The position numbers and the translations under genes were made by a program. The notes beneath the pieces were generated by a model, which was not told the DNA's origin, searched no databases, and worked only from the letters and a program-made list of their open reading frames with translations. Below are positions 37,063 to 50,167 of a stretch of 64,000 nt of DNA, piece by piece. Source of the DNA: Eledone cirrhosa (taxonomy: Eukaryota); NCBI GenBank assembly GCA_964016885.1, contig OZ024741.1, positions 337,714,001 through 337,778,000 on the forward strand, read 5' to 3'. Every line of letters begins with the position of its first letter. The stretch's first letter is position 1.

Positions 37063-38337
37063 ATCATCATCATCATCATCGTTTAACATCTATCTTTCAT
37101 GCTAGCATGGGTTTAGATGGGAATTGTCCCACTTGAGGCAAGATTGGTCAGGTGACCGTGTCTCGCTCGTATAGGACTGTCTGGCAGGTTTTCTATGGCT
37201 GGGTGCCCTTCCTAACACCAACCACATTTACAGTGTGGACTGGGATGCTTTTTTTTGTCGTGATACCTACACGACCTCATTTATTTTGGACTGGATGTTG
37301 TGGTACCAGCATAACTTTACAGAGAAAGGGTGGTGTTGGTGGAAGTGGAACGGGGGTGTATATTTGGTTAGGTGCCTACTGACTGTAGGTTTCGCTTTGT
37401 ACATAGGCAAGGCAGGTCTTCTGTATTACTACGTGGTGCCAAAGATCTAGGTCCAGTGACATTGTCTTAGAGAGGTGTAAGTGTGTAAGGTTGGAATTTA
37501 TCAAATCATCCCAGGTTTTTCTGGGTCTACCTACTCTGTAACTTCCATCAATTTTGATCACCCTGCACTTTTTTTATACAGCTGTCGTCTTTCATGCTCA
37601 TCATGTGACTATATCAACGTAGTCTTCTCTCGAGTAAACAGCATCTGATCCCTCTTATTCCTAATTTCTCACTTAGTTCATTTATGCTTTGACGTTCGCA
37701 TATATTACTATTACACATCCAACGGAGCATGTATGCTTCGTTCCTCTCCAGTCTGCGCAGGTCCTCTGCACACAATGCCCATGTCTCACTGCCATGTAAC
37801 ATTGCTGTGTTCGTATACAGGCATCATACAATCTGCCTTTCATTTTTAGAGAGAACCCTTTAGTGGCCAATAGTGGTATAAGCTCTCTGAATTTTTTCCA
37901 TCCCGTTCTGACTCTGGCTACTGTACGTTCAGAGCACCCTCCACCACTGATGATTTTGTCACCCAGGTAACAGAAAGTGTCCACTATTTCTATAGAACCT
38001 TCTGGCCAATAGAAGGGGCTAGTATCCTGTGGGCACTTGCTACTTATTGCACCTGAGCATCGGCCACATATAAAATCTACATTCTTAGATAGTTTACCTG
38101 TGATCTCACTACATCTTTTATGTACCCATAGTTTGCATTTGGGACATAAAATGGAATTTCTGTCTACTCCTTTCCTACACACTGAGCATGGCCATTTCCC
38201 AGAGGGTACCTGTGCCCTATTTTCCTTTCTACATACTAGAACTTTAGTCTTAGACAAGTTAACTTTAAGGCCTTTTGATTCTAGGCCATGCTTCCATGTT
38301 TGGAATTTCTTCTCTAGTTGATTCAGCTATGAGAGTT
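37060..38337 (-). mobile_element. RTE family B, 5'-truncated and frameshifted
   Basis: ORFs 37682-38257, 37614-37802 and 37376-37561. Confidence 0.92.
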
Positions 38338-38394
38338 ATATATATATATATATGCATATATATATATATATATGCATATATATATATATATATA

Positions 38395-38428
<34 letters not shown>

Positions 38429-38436
38429 TGTATATG

Positions 38437-38503
<67 letters not shown>

Positions 38504-38887
38504 GTGTGTATAAATACATAAATATATATATATGTGTGTGTGTCTGTGTGTATACATATATATATAATTGTTTTGATAAACCAAATTATTTCCTCATGCT
38601 TAAAGGTTTTGAGTTGTTGTCATAATAGTGAAGTCTACTTATCAGTGAGCTTTGATATATGTATGAGTATATACATATATTCATGCATTCTTACATATAT
38701 AAGTACATACACACTCATATATATATATGTGTGTGTGTTTACACACGTAGACTATTAAATACTCTATAATGTTCTGGCTTGTACCATTTATACATGTCAT
38801 TGAAGCACTTCATTTTATCTGCATCACAGCCAACTGACTAAAATGTAGTTTGTACATCCCTGGTCGGTTAGCCCCATATTATAATAA

Positions 38888-38931
<44 letters not shown>

Positions 38932-39194
38932 ACACACACACATACATACATATATATACATATCTAGAAATACACACACACACATATATATATATATGTG
39001 TGTGTATGTGTGTGTATGTGTGTGAATGTGTGTGCCTGTGTATATATATATATATATATAAGTAAATATTTACAAAAAGAGAGAAAATAAACCCAGTTAT
39101 CTTATCTTCAGCAGGCTTATCTACCACTACTATCTTCCCAGATGTTTCAAAGGGTAAACTATATTCAATTGGTTTTTATATTTTCATATATATA

Positions 39195-39279
<85 letters not shown>

Positions 39280-39282
<3 letters not shown>

Positions 39283-40940
39283 TAGGTGTTGATGAATGGC
39301 TTGTGAGAGCCATACAAACCATATATAAAGAAACAGTCAGCAAGGTTAGAATTAACAACGAATATAGTGAAGAGTTTAGCGTAAAAGTTGGTGTCCATCA
39401 GGGCTCTGTTCTTAGCCCCCTACTATTTATTATTGCCCTTCAGGCTATAACAGAGGAGTTCAAGACCGGCTGCCCATGGGAACTCCTATACGCAGATGAT
39501 CTTAACGCTCATAGCTGAATCAATGGCCGAGCTAGAGAAGAAATTCCAAACATGGAAGCACGGCCTAGAATCAAAAGGCCTTAAAATTAACCTGGCTAAG
39601 ACTAAAATTCTAGTTTGTAGGAAAGAAAATAAGGCGGCGGTCCCTTCTGGGAAATGGTCGTGTTCGGTGTGTAGGAAAGGCGTAGGTAGAAACTCCATTT
39701 TATGTCCCAAATGCAAAGTATGGGTGCATAAAAGATGTAGTGGGAACACAGGTAAGCTAACTAAGAACACAGATTTTACATGTGGCCGGTGCTCTGGTGC
39801 AATAAGTAGCAGCAAGTGCCCACAAAATACTAACTCTTTCAATTGCGCAGAAGGTTCTATAGAAATAGTGGACAGCTTCCGTTACCTGGGTGACAAAATC
39901 AGCAGTGGGGGAGGGTGCTCTGAAAGTACAGTAGCTAGAGTCAGAACTGGATGGAAAAAGTTCAGAGAGCTTATACCACTATTAGCCGCTAAAGGGTTCT
40001 CCCTAAAAATGAAAGCAGGTTGTATGATGCCTGCATACGAACAGCAATGTTGCATGGCAGTGAGACCTGGGCATTGTGTGCAGAGGATATACGCAGACTG
40101 GAGAGGAACGAAGCTTGCATGCTCCGCTGGATGTGTAATAGTAATATACGTAAACGGCAAAGCATAAACGAACTAAGGAAAAAATTAGAAATAAGAGGGA
40201 TCAGATGTTGTTTACTCGACAGAAGGCTACGTTGGTATGGTCATGTGATGCGCATGAAAGACGACAGCTGTATAACAAAGTGCAGGGCAATAAAGATAGA
40301 TGGTAGCCACGGAGTAGGCAGACCCAGGAAAACCTGGGACGAGCTGATAAATTCCGACCTCACACACTTACACCTCCAAGACAATGTCACTGGACCGAGA
40401 CCTTTGGCGGTACTCAGTAACAGAGAAGACCCGCCTTACCTAAATACAAAGTAAAACCTACTAGTCAGTAGGCATCTCTAACAAAATACACCCCGTCCCA
40501 TCCCATCCACACCGCCCCCTTCAATGCAAAGTTATGTTGGTGCCACAACATCCAGGCCGAAACAAACGAGATCGTGTAGGTGTCACGACAAAAAAACACA
40601 CAGTCCACGCTGCAATGTGACCGTGTAGGCAACACGGTAAAAACCTCCCAGTCCCACACTGTAAATGTGGTTGGTGTTAGGAAGGGCATCCAGCTGTAGA
40701 AAACACGCCAGACAGTCCACGCTGTAATGTGACCGTGTAGGCAACACGGTAAAAACCTCCCAGCCCCACACTGTAAATGTGGTTGGTGTTAGGAAGGGCA
40801 TCCAGCTGTAGAAAACCCGCCAGACAGTCCTATCCGAGCAAGACAACCACTCTTGCCTCAAGTGGGAAAACCCCCGTCCAAACCCATGCAAGCGTGGAAC
40901 AGGGACGTTAAACGATGATGATGATGATGATGATGATGAT
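39280..40940 (+). mobile_element. RTE family B, 5'-truncated and frameshifted
   Basis: ORFs 39303, 39496 and 40020 (GVHQGSVLSP, YADD, Cys insert, HGSETW); 3'UTR with duplicated module; (GAT)n tail. Confidence 0.93.
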
Positions 40941-40957
40941 ATATATATATATATATT

Positions 40958-41300
40958 AAATTTTAGTACAGCATTAACGAAGCTTTAGGTTGCGGCCAAG
41001 CTAACGAATGCAAATTTGGTATGTAGCTTTAGCACTCGATAGGGAATAGTACCCCAGAGTAATAACAATATGTTTAGACAGCTTTGCAAATCAAATATAG
41101 CGATCGGCAGTCCAGCCGCATTGCCATAGCAATGAAAATGGTTGGACTCAGGAAAAGATTTTAGACTGACCTGGACATAGCGGGGAGACCTAATGCAACA
41201 TATAATGCATATCGTATAGCATACAATTTACAACACACAACATCCACGCTAGGTTTCTGCAAATCCAAGATCGACAAATTCCGCTTGCAGGGGTCTGCAA
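40958..41300 (+). repeat. Unclassified interspersed repeat (second, shorter copy at 48700-48865)
   Basis: Both start aattttagtacagcattaacgaagctttag directly after (TA)n and align for about 165 bp. Confidence 0.75.
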
Positions 41301-41368
41301 GTTAATGCTCTTTGACGACAGAAATATATATATATATCTGTGTGTGTGTGTGTGTATGTATATATATG

Positions 41369-41429
<61 letters not shown>

Positions 41430-42029
41430 TATTATGAGCCTTTAAATTATTCCTATATTCCCAAAATATTAGAATATAACAATCTCCCAAACTGGTGAGC
41501 CATTATCCTCATCCTCATCATCATCCTTATTATCATTGATTAATATCTATTTTTCAAATTTGCATGGGTTAGACAGGCTGTTCATATAGTTAGGCTGAAC
41601 TTGTCAGGTGACTACATCTTGCTCGTACACTCCAATTTTGACCTAGTTTTAATTGCTGGATGCCCTTCCTAATCCCAACCACTTTACAATGTGTACAAGG
41701 ACCATTTCATCATGAGTCTGGCACTATTACCGTACAGAGTTGACTGGGTGCTTTTCATCAAATTATGAGCACCACACCCTACAGGGTTATTTGGGAAATT
41801 TTTATCATGGCTCCTGCACTACCATATTACAGAAAAGAGTGGGTGCATTTCATTGTGGTACCAGCACTACCATTTTACAGAGTGTACTGGGTGCTTTTTA
41901 TTATGGCATCAGCACTGCCGCTTTACAGAGTGTACTTTACAGAGTGTACTGGGTGCTTTTTGTCATGGCATTGGCACTACCTGATTACAACATATCTCAA
42001 TATAAATATTCTTATAAATAAATCTCTTT

Positions 42030-42645
42030 GGGGCAAAGTTTTACAGCCGGAGCAGGTAAGGAGGGTTAGGTAACGTTTTTCCAGTAGATGGATCATCTTT
42101 GTCTCTGGCTCAAAGTGATGAACGCAACACTCATCCTGGGTTAGGAAAAGTTCAATGAAATCAGCTGGATCTGCCTCAAACAAATGTCAGATTTTCCTGT
42201 GATGCGATCAGCTGTTTTGATTTATAATCAGTTGCCTGTCATCCATCACCATGTGGTGAACACAATCAATGTTTTCCTTGGTGGTGGCAGTTGCAGAACG
42301 TCCAGACCTTGGGTTATCTTCAAGACTCTCCCTTCCCTTGCTAAATTCAGCTGGCCACCTTTACACTGTTGATAAAGTTGGAGTGTCATCCTTAATGTAG
42401 CAACCATGTCAACATGAATGTCCTTGGAGACTAAACCCTTTTTCTGCAGGTACCAAATTTTGACCATTTTCAAGAGAAGTCGCTACCAGTTACTTTGAAG
42501 TCTTCTTTGAACAGTCAGATGTCAGTTTACCTGAAAGGAAACAATGCATTTATTAATAAGACGAGTTTAAATTAATGTATGCAAGATTTCACAGCTCTAG
42601 CATTGCTTCTTCATAGTCAGCCTATGAACTTTTCAGTCAATCCTC
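42030..42645 (-). mobile_element. Mariner relic (second family), deleted
   Basis: YLQKKGLVSKDIHVDMVATL and FLTQDECCVHHFEPETK; TIR-like tatgaacttttcagtcaatcctc; related end at 43135-43170. Confidence 0.8.
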
Positions 42646-42795
42646 CTTGTTCTGTTCATTGAACAACTGGAACACTCATTGAAATTGATGGAGATCCATT
42701 CCACATATGTGGGTGTGGGTGTATATTTATATATCTATGAGTATAAATACAATGTAAATGACAATCACAGAGTGTTTAAACTTTAAAACATTTAA

Positions 42796-42845
42796 TCAAT
42801 TACAATCGTTTCATCGTAGCACAAGACTGGAATCATCAGAGTTGA
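42796..42845 (-). ncRNA. Hammerhead motif, partly decayed
   Basis: TCAACT-CTGATGA-...-GAAA-CGATTG-TA-ATTGA; helix II poorly paired. Confidence 0.55.
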
Positions 42846-43325
42846 TAACAAAAGTTAAACACAAATATAAGATCAAAGCTTTGTCACAAGAACGTTAGGA
42901 GGATACATAATATGGGAGGTTAGATAAGCATAAGTGTTAGAATTAATATAAGGTAACTGAGGCGGAAACTCAAAACGTAAAGGGCCATAAAGAAAAATAA
43001 TAGCAATGTTCTCTCTTCAGAAAAACGATTTTAGTTTTATCAAAAGACGAAAATTCGACCCCCCCCCCCCACACACACAAATCAATCATATAAACCAATA
43101 AAATATGAATGTGGAATGAAAGACTATTATAATATACGAGAGCTGGTTGAAAAGTTCATAGACCGACCAAGACACTCTCACGGAACGACCAAATGAGGCC
43201 CATCTTTCAACATAAAAAACAACAGAACAATAGGAGCAGATAAAGGCATTGTATTTCAGCTCTATATTATACTTGTTATTTTACATCGAGCTATTTTCAT
43301 ACTTGTAACTGGGTAATATTTATTA

Positions 43326-46300
43326 CTAGCAGATTTACCTGCCGTTGCTTGGGGTTTGAAATTATGCTAAGAATATACAGCTAGGAAGTAAAAGAAGAAC
43401 ATTATTTGTCCCCAACCTGTCAAAATAAGCAGAAGTCTTCAATAATTAATGCAAACGAATATTTAGTGCAATCTTTGTACACAAAAAACTATGCTGATAA
43501 TGAAGGAAAACACTGAACAGGATGTAGTTACACAAATGATTAAAGACAATACTCGTTGCAAATCTGTAAAAAAACAGGCAGTTTTGCTAAAGTACAAAAA
43601 GTTGTAATGAAAGCAGAGTTGTATACAAACAATAAAAACAATGAGAGTAGAATAAGAGAAAATCTATTCTTTGAGAGCATCCTTTGCTGTGTATGGTTAA
43701 ATTTTTAACTTATAATCCAAAATATCCTGCATGACATATTCATTGGTATGTTTTGTAATGAGTAAGGGGAAATCAAGGCAGAGCTGTAATAAGTTTTTTT
43801 GTTAACACTAAAGCACTTCAGGGTAGATGATGATCATCATCATCATCACCGTTTTACGCCTGTTCTTCCACGCTAGCATGGGTTAGATGGGTTGTCCTAT
43901 TGTGGGCAGTGTCTGGTCGGCTGACCATGCCTTGCTCATACAGGAACTGATTTGGCTTGATTTCTACAGCTGGATGCCCTTCCTAATACCAACCTCATTT
44001 ACAGTGAGTGCTGGGTGCTTTTTTGTGGCGCCTACACGTCCACTTTACAGTGTGGGCTGGGTGCTTTTTTGCCGTGGCACCTCCACGACCACCTTGCAGT
44101 GGGGGGTTTGAGGGCATATTGTCTATATGCTTCAGCTTGTACCCATGGGAGGTCGGGTACTCTGTATTACTGCATGACGCCAGAGGTCACGGTCGTGTGT
44201 CATCGCCTTTGAGAGGTGTAATTGGGTAAGGTCGGCTTTTATCACCTCATCCCAGGTCATCTTGGGTCTCCCCACTCCACGGTTTCCATCGACTTCTAGT
44301 GCTCTGCACCTTTTTATGCAGCTGTCATCCTTCATACGCATCACATGTCCATACCAACACAACCGCCTCTCCTGCACACAGCATTTGATTCCTCTTATGC
44401 TCAGTCTCTCTCTCAATTCATTTATGCTTTGTCGTTCGCGTATATTACTGTTACACATCCATCGGAGCATGCAGGCTTCGTTTCTCTCTAATCTACGTAA
44501 GTCTTCCACCTTCAGCGCCCAGGTCTCACTACCATGCAACATCGCTGTTCGGATACACACATCATACAGTCTGCCTTTCATTTTGAGGGAGAAGCCTTTT
44601 GCAGCTAGCAGTGGTAGTAGTTCCCTAAACTTCTTCCATCCCGTTCTTACCCTATTTATTGTACTTTCTGAACACCCACCTCCGCTGCTAATTCGGTCAC
44701 CTTGGTAGCAGAAGCTGTCTACTGTTTCTACAGAGCCCTCCCAGAGATTGGTGGTACTTGTTTCCTGTGGCTGCTTGCTGCTTGCTGTCCCAGCACAGCT
44801 GCTGCATGTGAAGCCTACATTCTTAATTAAGCTTCCTGAGATCCCGCTACATCTCTTGTGTACCCATTGTTTGCATTTGTGGCAGAGGATGGAGTTCCTA
44901 CCTACACCTTTCCTACATACTGAGCAAGGCCATTTCCCTGAGGGGATCTGGGTTCTGTCTTCTCATCTACTTACAAGGACCTTAGTCTTTGTCATGTTGA
45001 CTTTGAGACCCTTTCTTTCTAGTCCCTGCTTCCAAGTTTGGAATTTCTTCTCTAGTTCTACCATAGATTCAGCTATAAGTGTGAGGTCATCAGCATACAG
45101 GAGTTCCCATGGGCATCCGGTCTTAAACTCCTCCGTTATTGCCTGCAGGACTATGATGAACAGGAGGGGGCTAAGAACAGAGCCCTGGTGGACCCCAACC
45201 TGTACGCTAAATTCCTCGCTATACTCATTGCTAATCCTAACTTTGCTGACTGCTCCCCTATACATGGCTTGTACAGCTTTCACAAGCCATTCATCTACTC
45301 CTAGTTTTCTAAGAGCCCACCAGATTACAGCACGTGGAACTCTGTCAAAGGCTTTCTCGAGATCGACGAATGCCAGGTAGAGTGGCTTACTTTTAGCTAG
45401 GTACTTTTCCTGTAACTGCCTCACAAGGAAGAGAGCATCAGTGGTGCCTCTTCCTGGTACAAACCCAAATTGCATCTCATCTAGTTTCACCCGGTCCCTA
45501 ATCAACTGTGCTATAACTCTTTCTGTTACTTTCATGACCTGGTCCATCAGCTTTATACCTCTATAGTTTCCTCTATCTAGTGCATCACCTTTACCTTTGT
45601 AGCAGTTGACAATGATGCTACTGCACCAATCTTTTGGTATGACACCTTCTAGTATTACCTGGTTAACAATACGTGTGGTTATAGTGTGACCCAGATGCCT
45701 TCAGCATCTCAACAGTTATACCCGATGGACCGGTTGCCTTCCCCATCTTCATATCTTTGATTGCCTTACTTACTACGCTGCTGCTGACTTGTACTGCTGG
45801 CCCCTCTATAGGGTCTACTTGGGGTAGGGTCTCTTCTTCCCATGCATTCTCCTCGTTAATAATCTATCATAATGGCTCTTCCATGCATCTTTCTTCTCAG
45901 CACCTGTGAGGGCAAGCTCACCTTTATCATTCCGGATACACTTCTCTCCAATGACATCACAATTCTCTCTGACACACTGCCTCGCAATCTTGAACACTTC
46001 CTGTTTCTGGTCCTCACATTGCAAAACATGCTTGAATTTTCTATCCTCTGCTTCCCTCCTAGCTAAGTATACTTGTCGCCTAGCTTCTCTCTTGGTCTCT
46101 ATGTAATGTACCCTGCTCCCCCCGTTCTTCCATTCTTTCCATGCCTGTCTCTTGGCCTTAACTGCCTCATCTACCTTATTGTTCCACCACCAAGTCACTC
46201 TCCTCCTGCTTGTGGTCTTACTCCAGCCACAGACCTCATCCGTCGCCTCTAGTAAGTTATTTTTTAGGAACCCCAGTGCTCTTCTACATTTAATGTCTCT

Positions 46301-47214
46301 ATCTGTTCTTCTTTACTGTCGTAGGCGTTGAGTAAAATATCTTTAAATCTGTTACTGGTTGAGGGGTCTTTCAGCTTCCAAATCTTTCTTCTCCAGGTTG
46401 GCCTCTGTTTCCAGGTTCATCTAGTTCTGACTGTGAGGTCGCTGACAACTATTCTTTGTTTTTCTTTTCGGAACAAACGCAAAGAGATTATCTCGACTGC
46501 CTGATCCGGATAGAATGGTAGCGTCAATACTAAGTGGAGACATTTTTTTAACCACAAGGCGTGTACCATTGCATAGTTTTGGAGGAGTGATATTTCTCAG
46601 CAAAATAACTGGTGTTCCCTCTTTCAGAACCAATGTATTAGGAGGTAAACCAGGAGGATTTAAAGAATTTAGAAATTCAACTGGATAATTAACCACATCC
46701 TGTGGATCACATACAGTATCAATAGATTTATATATCCTTGGACATCCAGGAAGAAGCTAAAGAAGCTGATCGTTAATACAGCTAACCGTGATATTTTTGG
46801 GTGCATGAATGGCTCTTTCGCATAGCCAATCAAGATTCGTATAGTTATCACGCAAGTTCGGGAATACACTCGCTTTGAGATCATCGACAGTTTCAACTAC
46901 ATTGCAGATGTGATCAATTGCTATGTGTCCATCTGTATCTGGAGGTAGGTTATCATCTCCTATTGTAAGAATGTCTCCAGAAAATGTTGATGACAGAGAG
47001 TCCCAATGCAACCTTGCACGCATGTTGGTAGTTAGTCTTAATAATGTCACTTGTCGCCACAATGGTGAAGACTTAAGACATGCATTTACCGCATCTGCTC
47101 TTGTAGTTACGTGCACAGAAAATTTGGTCAAATTCAGTTGGTAATTGTGAAAGCCTTATGCATGCAAAGTTGTACACAGACACACACACATTCTCGCTTT
47201 TATATATATAAAGA
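43326..47214 (-). mobile_element. Internally deleted Helitron with PIF1-like helicase relics, interrupted by an RTE LINE
   Basis: 5' TCTTTATATATATAAAAG at about 47214; helicase motifs NACLKSSPLW..LTTNMRA and [28 protein letters not shown]; C-terminus KTKN/IIYPEVL* split by the LINE; 3' hairpin + CTAG|T at 43326. Confidence 0.8.
43830..46455 (-). mobile_element. Longest RTE family B copy (end of APE domain through RT and 3' tail), with frameshifts
   Basis: [63 protein letters not shown]. Confidence 0.95.
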
Positions 47215-47259
47215 CTACCTGCCATATATATATTTATATATAGCTATACTTATATGTAT

Positions 47260-47575
47260 ATAGGGTGCGGACGATATTTGTTCGCAAGATTACTGTCTAG
47301 GAAAAAATAACACAATAGTTTTATTTTTTAAGATTAATTTATCAAACTTGGGTCAGTTTGTCTTCATGACTTGTTCTTTCGATCTCACTCGATAAACCCG
47401 CCATTGGCTTTGATGACGGCCTCAAGGCGGCCTTGGAACTGGCTACAGGCCTTCATCACTGTCCCCCGACTTAGGCCCCTAAAGGCACTTGTGATCCTGG
47501 CCTTCAGATGGTCTTTCGTATCGCAGCTAGATCTGTTGGTGTCTCGTTCCACTGCGCCCCACTCAAAGATCTTCG
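47260..47575 (-). mobile_element. Tc1/mariner-superfamily transposase C-terminal fragment with terminus
   Basis: Minus strand WGAVERDTN...LKARI...KACSQFQGRLEAVIKANGGFIE*; end ta-tagggtgcggac. Confidence 0.7.
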
Positions 47576-47669
47576 AAAATTGGATGCGAATCTACTACTT
47601 GCAGCTGCAACTTCGATTATACTCATTACTATTATATGTATGTGTATACACATACACACACACACACAG

Positions 47670-48018
47670 ACATCATCATCATCATCATCATCATCATTTT
47701 ACGTTTGCTTTTCCCTGCTTGCAAGGGTGGGACGGGATCTGATTCTGGCTTGATTTCTACAGCTGGATGCCCTTCCTAACACCACCTTCATTTATAGTGA
47801 GTGCTGGGTGCTTTTTTGCCATGGTACCTCCACGACCACTTTACAGTGGAATGATAGGGACCCCAGTCCTATCATCTCATTTCTACATCTGAGTAAACTT
47901 GAGCAATGTGAAATAAAGTGTCTTGCTCAAGGAAACAACACATCACCCAGTTTGAGAATTGAACTCACAACCCTTCGATTGCAAGGCCAATGCTCTAACC
48001 ACTAAGCCATGTGCCTCC
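47670..48018 (-). mobile_element. Composite SINE: tRNA head + CORE-like domain + RTE 3' tail
   Basis: A-box TGGCTTAGTGG, B-box GAGTTCAATTC, ccttgagcaagacacttta, RTE-type tail and (GAT)n. Other copies at 60330-60690 and 63830-64000. Confidence 0.8.
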
Positions 48019-48136
48019 ATATATATATGTGAATATGTACAACCTCCTATTTTGTATTTCTTCACTGATTGGCACACATAACTTGTGTGCCTCAGCTTCT
48101 TTATAAATATATATATAGCAAATAAAGTCATATTTT

Positions 48137-48249
48137 ATTGTTTCTGAAGAAGCTGGTCAATCAAATAGGTAGTGATGTAATCACTACCTGTAAGTCGATA
48201 TATCAATCTACCATGATCAATCGACTCTCTGAAACGATCGTAAAACAAT
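48137..48249 (+). ncRNA. Hammerhead motif with large branched helix II, between about 110-bp inverted repeats (48020-48132 / 48342-48455)
   Basis: ATTGTTT-CTGAAGA-AG...CT-GAAA-CGATCG-TA-AAACAAT; 7-bp helix I; internal hairpin AGGTAGTGAT-gta-ATCACTACCT. Confidence 0.8.
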
Positions 48250-48505
48250 TAACTAAATTAACTACTTATCTATGACTTTTGTTTAGTTTTCATTCTTCTA
48301 AACACACACACACACACAGACATATATATTTATATAAATATATATGTCTTTATTTGCTATATATATATTTATAAAGAAGCTGAGGCACGCAAGTTGTGTG
48401 TGCCAATCAGTGAAGAAGTACAAAATAGGAGGTTGTACATATTCACATATATATGTATATATGTATATTTCAAAAACATACTTACATGTTTACGTTTATA
48501 ATTTG

Positions 48506-48580
<75 letters not shown>

Positions 48581-48603
48581 ATATATATATACAGGCATAT
48601 ATA

Positions 48604-48706
<103 letters not shown>

Positions 48707-48862
48707 AGTACAGCATTAACGAAGCTTTAGTTCGCGGCCAAGCTAACAAATACAAATTCGGTATGTAGCTTTAGCACTTGGATGGGGAAAAGTACCCCAG
48801 AGTAATAACAATACGTTTAGACAGCTTAGCAAATCAAATATAGCGATCGGCAGTCCAGCCGC

Positions 48863-48905
<43 letters not shown>

Positions 48906-48906
<1 letters not shown>

Positions 48907-49950
48907 TAGCAGAGGTACCCGGCGTTGCTCGGGTATTAAATAGCAGTTGTGTATACCTTTTATGTCAATACTTCAGTGCTGCTTCGAAAACTATACTTTT
49001 ACAAAATCATTGACTTTTTCGAAAAGGGGGTTCCTGCCCCTACTCAATATGTGCCAATTCTGAGAGTTCACATTCATCTGTAGGACAAACGTAGCCCATG
49101 TGTCAAGTTTTGTGAAAATCGGTTGCGAACTCCAGAAGTTATGACGTTTTGTTGTATTGCACTGCAGTGCTTCAGTCGAATCCAAGGAAGTGGTTAAAGG
49201 GTGTTATCTGCCGGGAGGCCCTATAATCAATATCTGGAAAAATGAAAGTGCCCATGACCATCCGGAGTACATAAGTAACCTATGTCTTAAGTTTGGTGAA
49301 AATACTGTAGAAATGCATAAGGTTTATACATACGCGCACATGTGCGTATGTGTTTGTGGGTGTGTATGTATTTGTGTGTGCGTATGTATGTGTATGTCCG
49401 TCGGGGCATACGTATGTACTGGCCTAAATCTTCACTATTTACTTTTACTATTTTAATAACCTCTGTCATTTTCGTTTTCAATTTTATTTACATCATTCTT
49501 AAATTCTGGGGCTGGAAATCATTCTGTTATTTTAAATAGAATATTAATCTAACGACTCCATTTATACCATAAACTTGGTCTTGTCTTTGCATGAAATTGT
49601 TCTTCTCGCTCCACATAACGACGTATTATCCTCGCTTTTTTTCCGTTCATTGCCAGGGAACGTCTTCACGAACCAAAATATTGTCTTCCTGTCTTCCTTC
49701 GGTTGCAACGTTTCTCAAAATATTTACTCCTGCATTCACAGATTACTCTCAGTTCAATTTGAATGGGAAATTCCTGTTTCATCGATTTTCTCCATAACCA
49801 TGGAAGCTTGTAGCTTGAAAGTTGACCCAACACCTCCTCGGGTCATTCTACATAACTGTAAATTTCGCTGCATTCCACCAAGCCGTTTCGACGTTTATCC
49901 GACTACACCTACATATACAACGTCCGACCACTTCCAATTTATATAGTAGA
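48906..49950 (-). mobile_element. Non-autonomous Helitron (about 1045 bp)
   Basis: A|TCTACTATATAAA ... CCCGAGCAACGCCGGG ... CTAG|T; same 3' hairpin as the 24550 element. Confidence 0.8.
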
Positions 49951-50100
49951 TATATATATTTATATATATATATATGTATTTATTCTCTTTTACTCTCTTT
50001 TACCTGTTTCAGCCATCCGGCTGAGGCCATGCTAGGGCACCGCCCTATATATATATTAATTCAAAATATTAACAAAAATAGACATTCATGTGATCAAGTA

Positions 50101-50167
50101 TATTTTATTATACATATTTTAGAGGTACTGAGCTATCTTCAACAGTACGTCCTCATCAGATAAAATA
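50101..50167 (-). ncRNA. Hammerhead motif with G12A lesion
   Basis: TATTTTAT-CTGATGA-GGAC-GTACTG...CAGTAC-CTCT-AAAA-TATGTA-TA-ATAAAATA; helix I identical to the 3419 motif. Confidence 0.6.
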
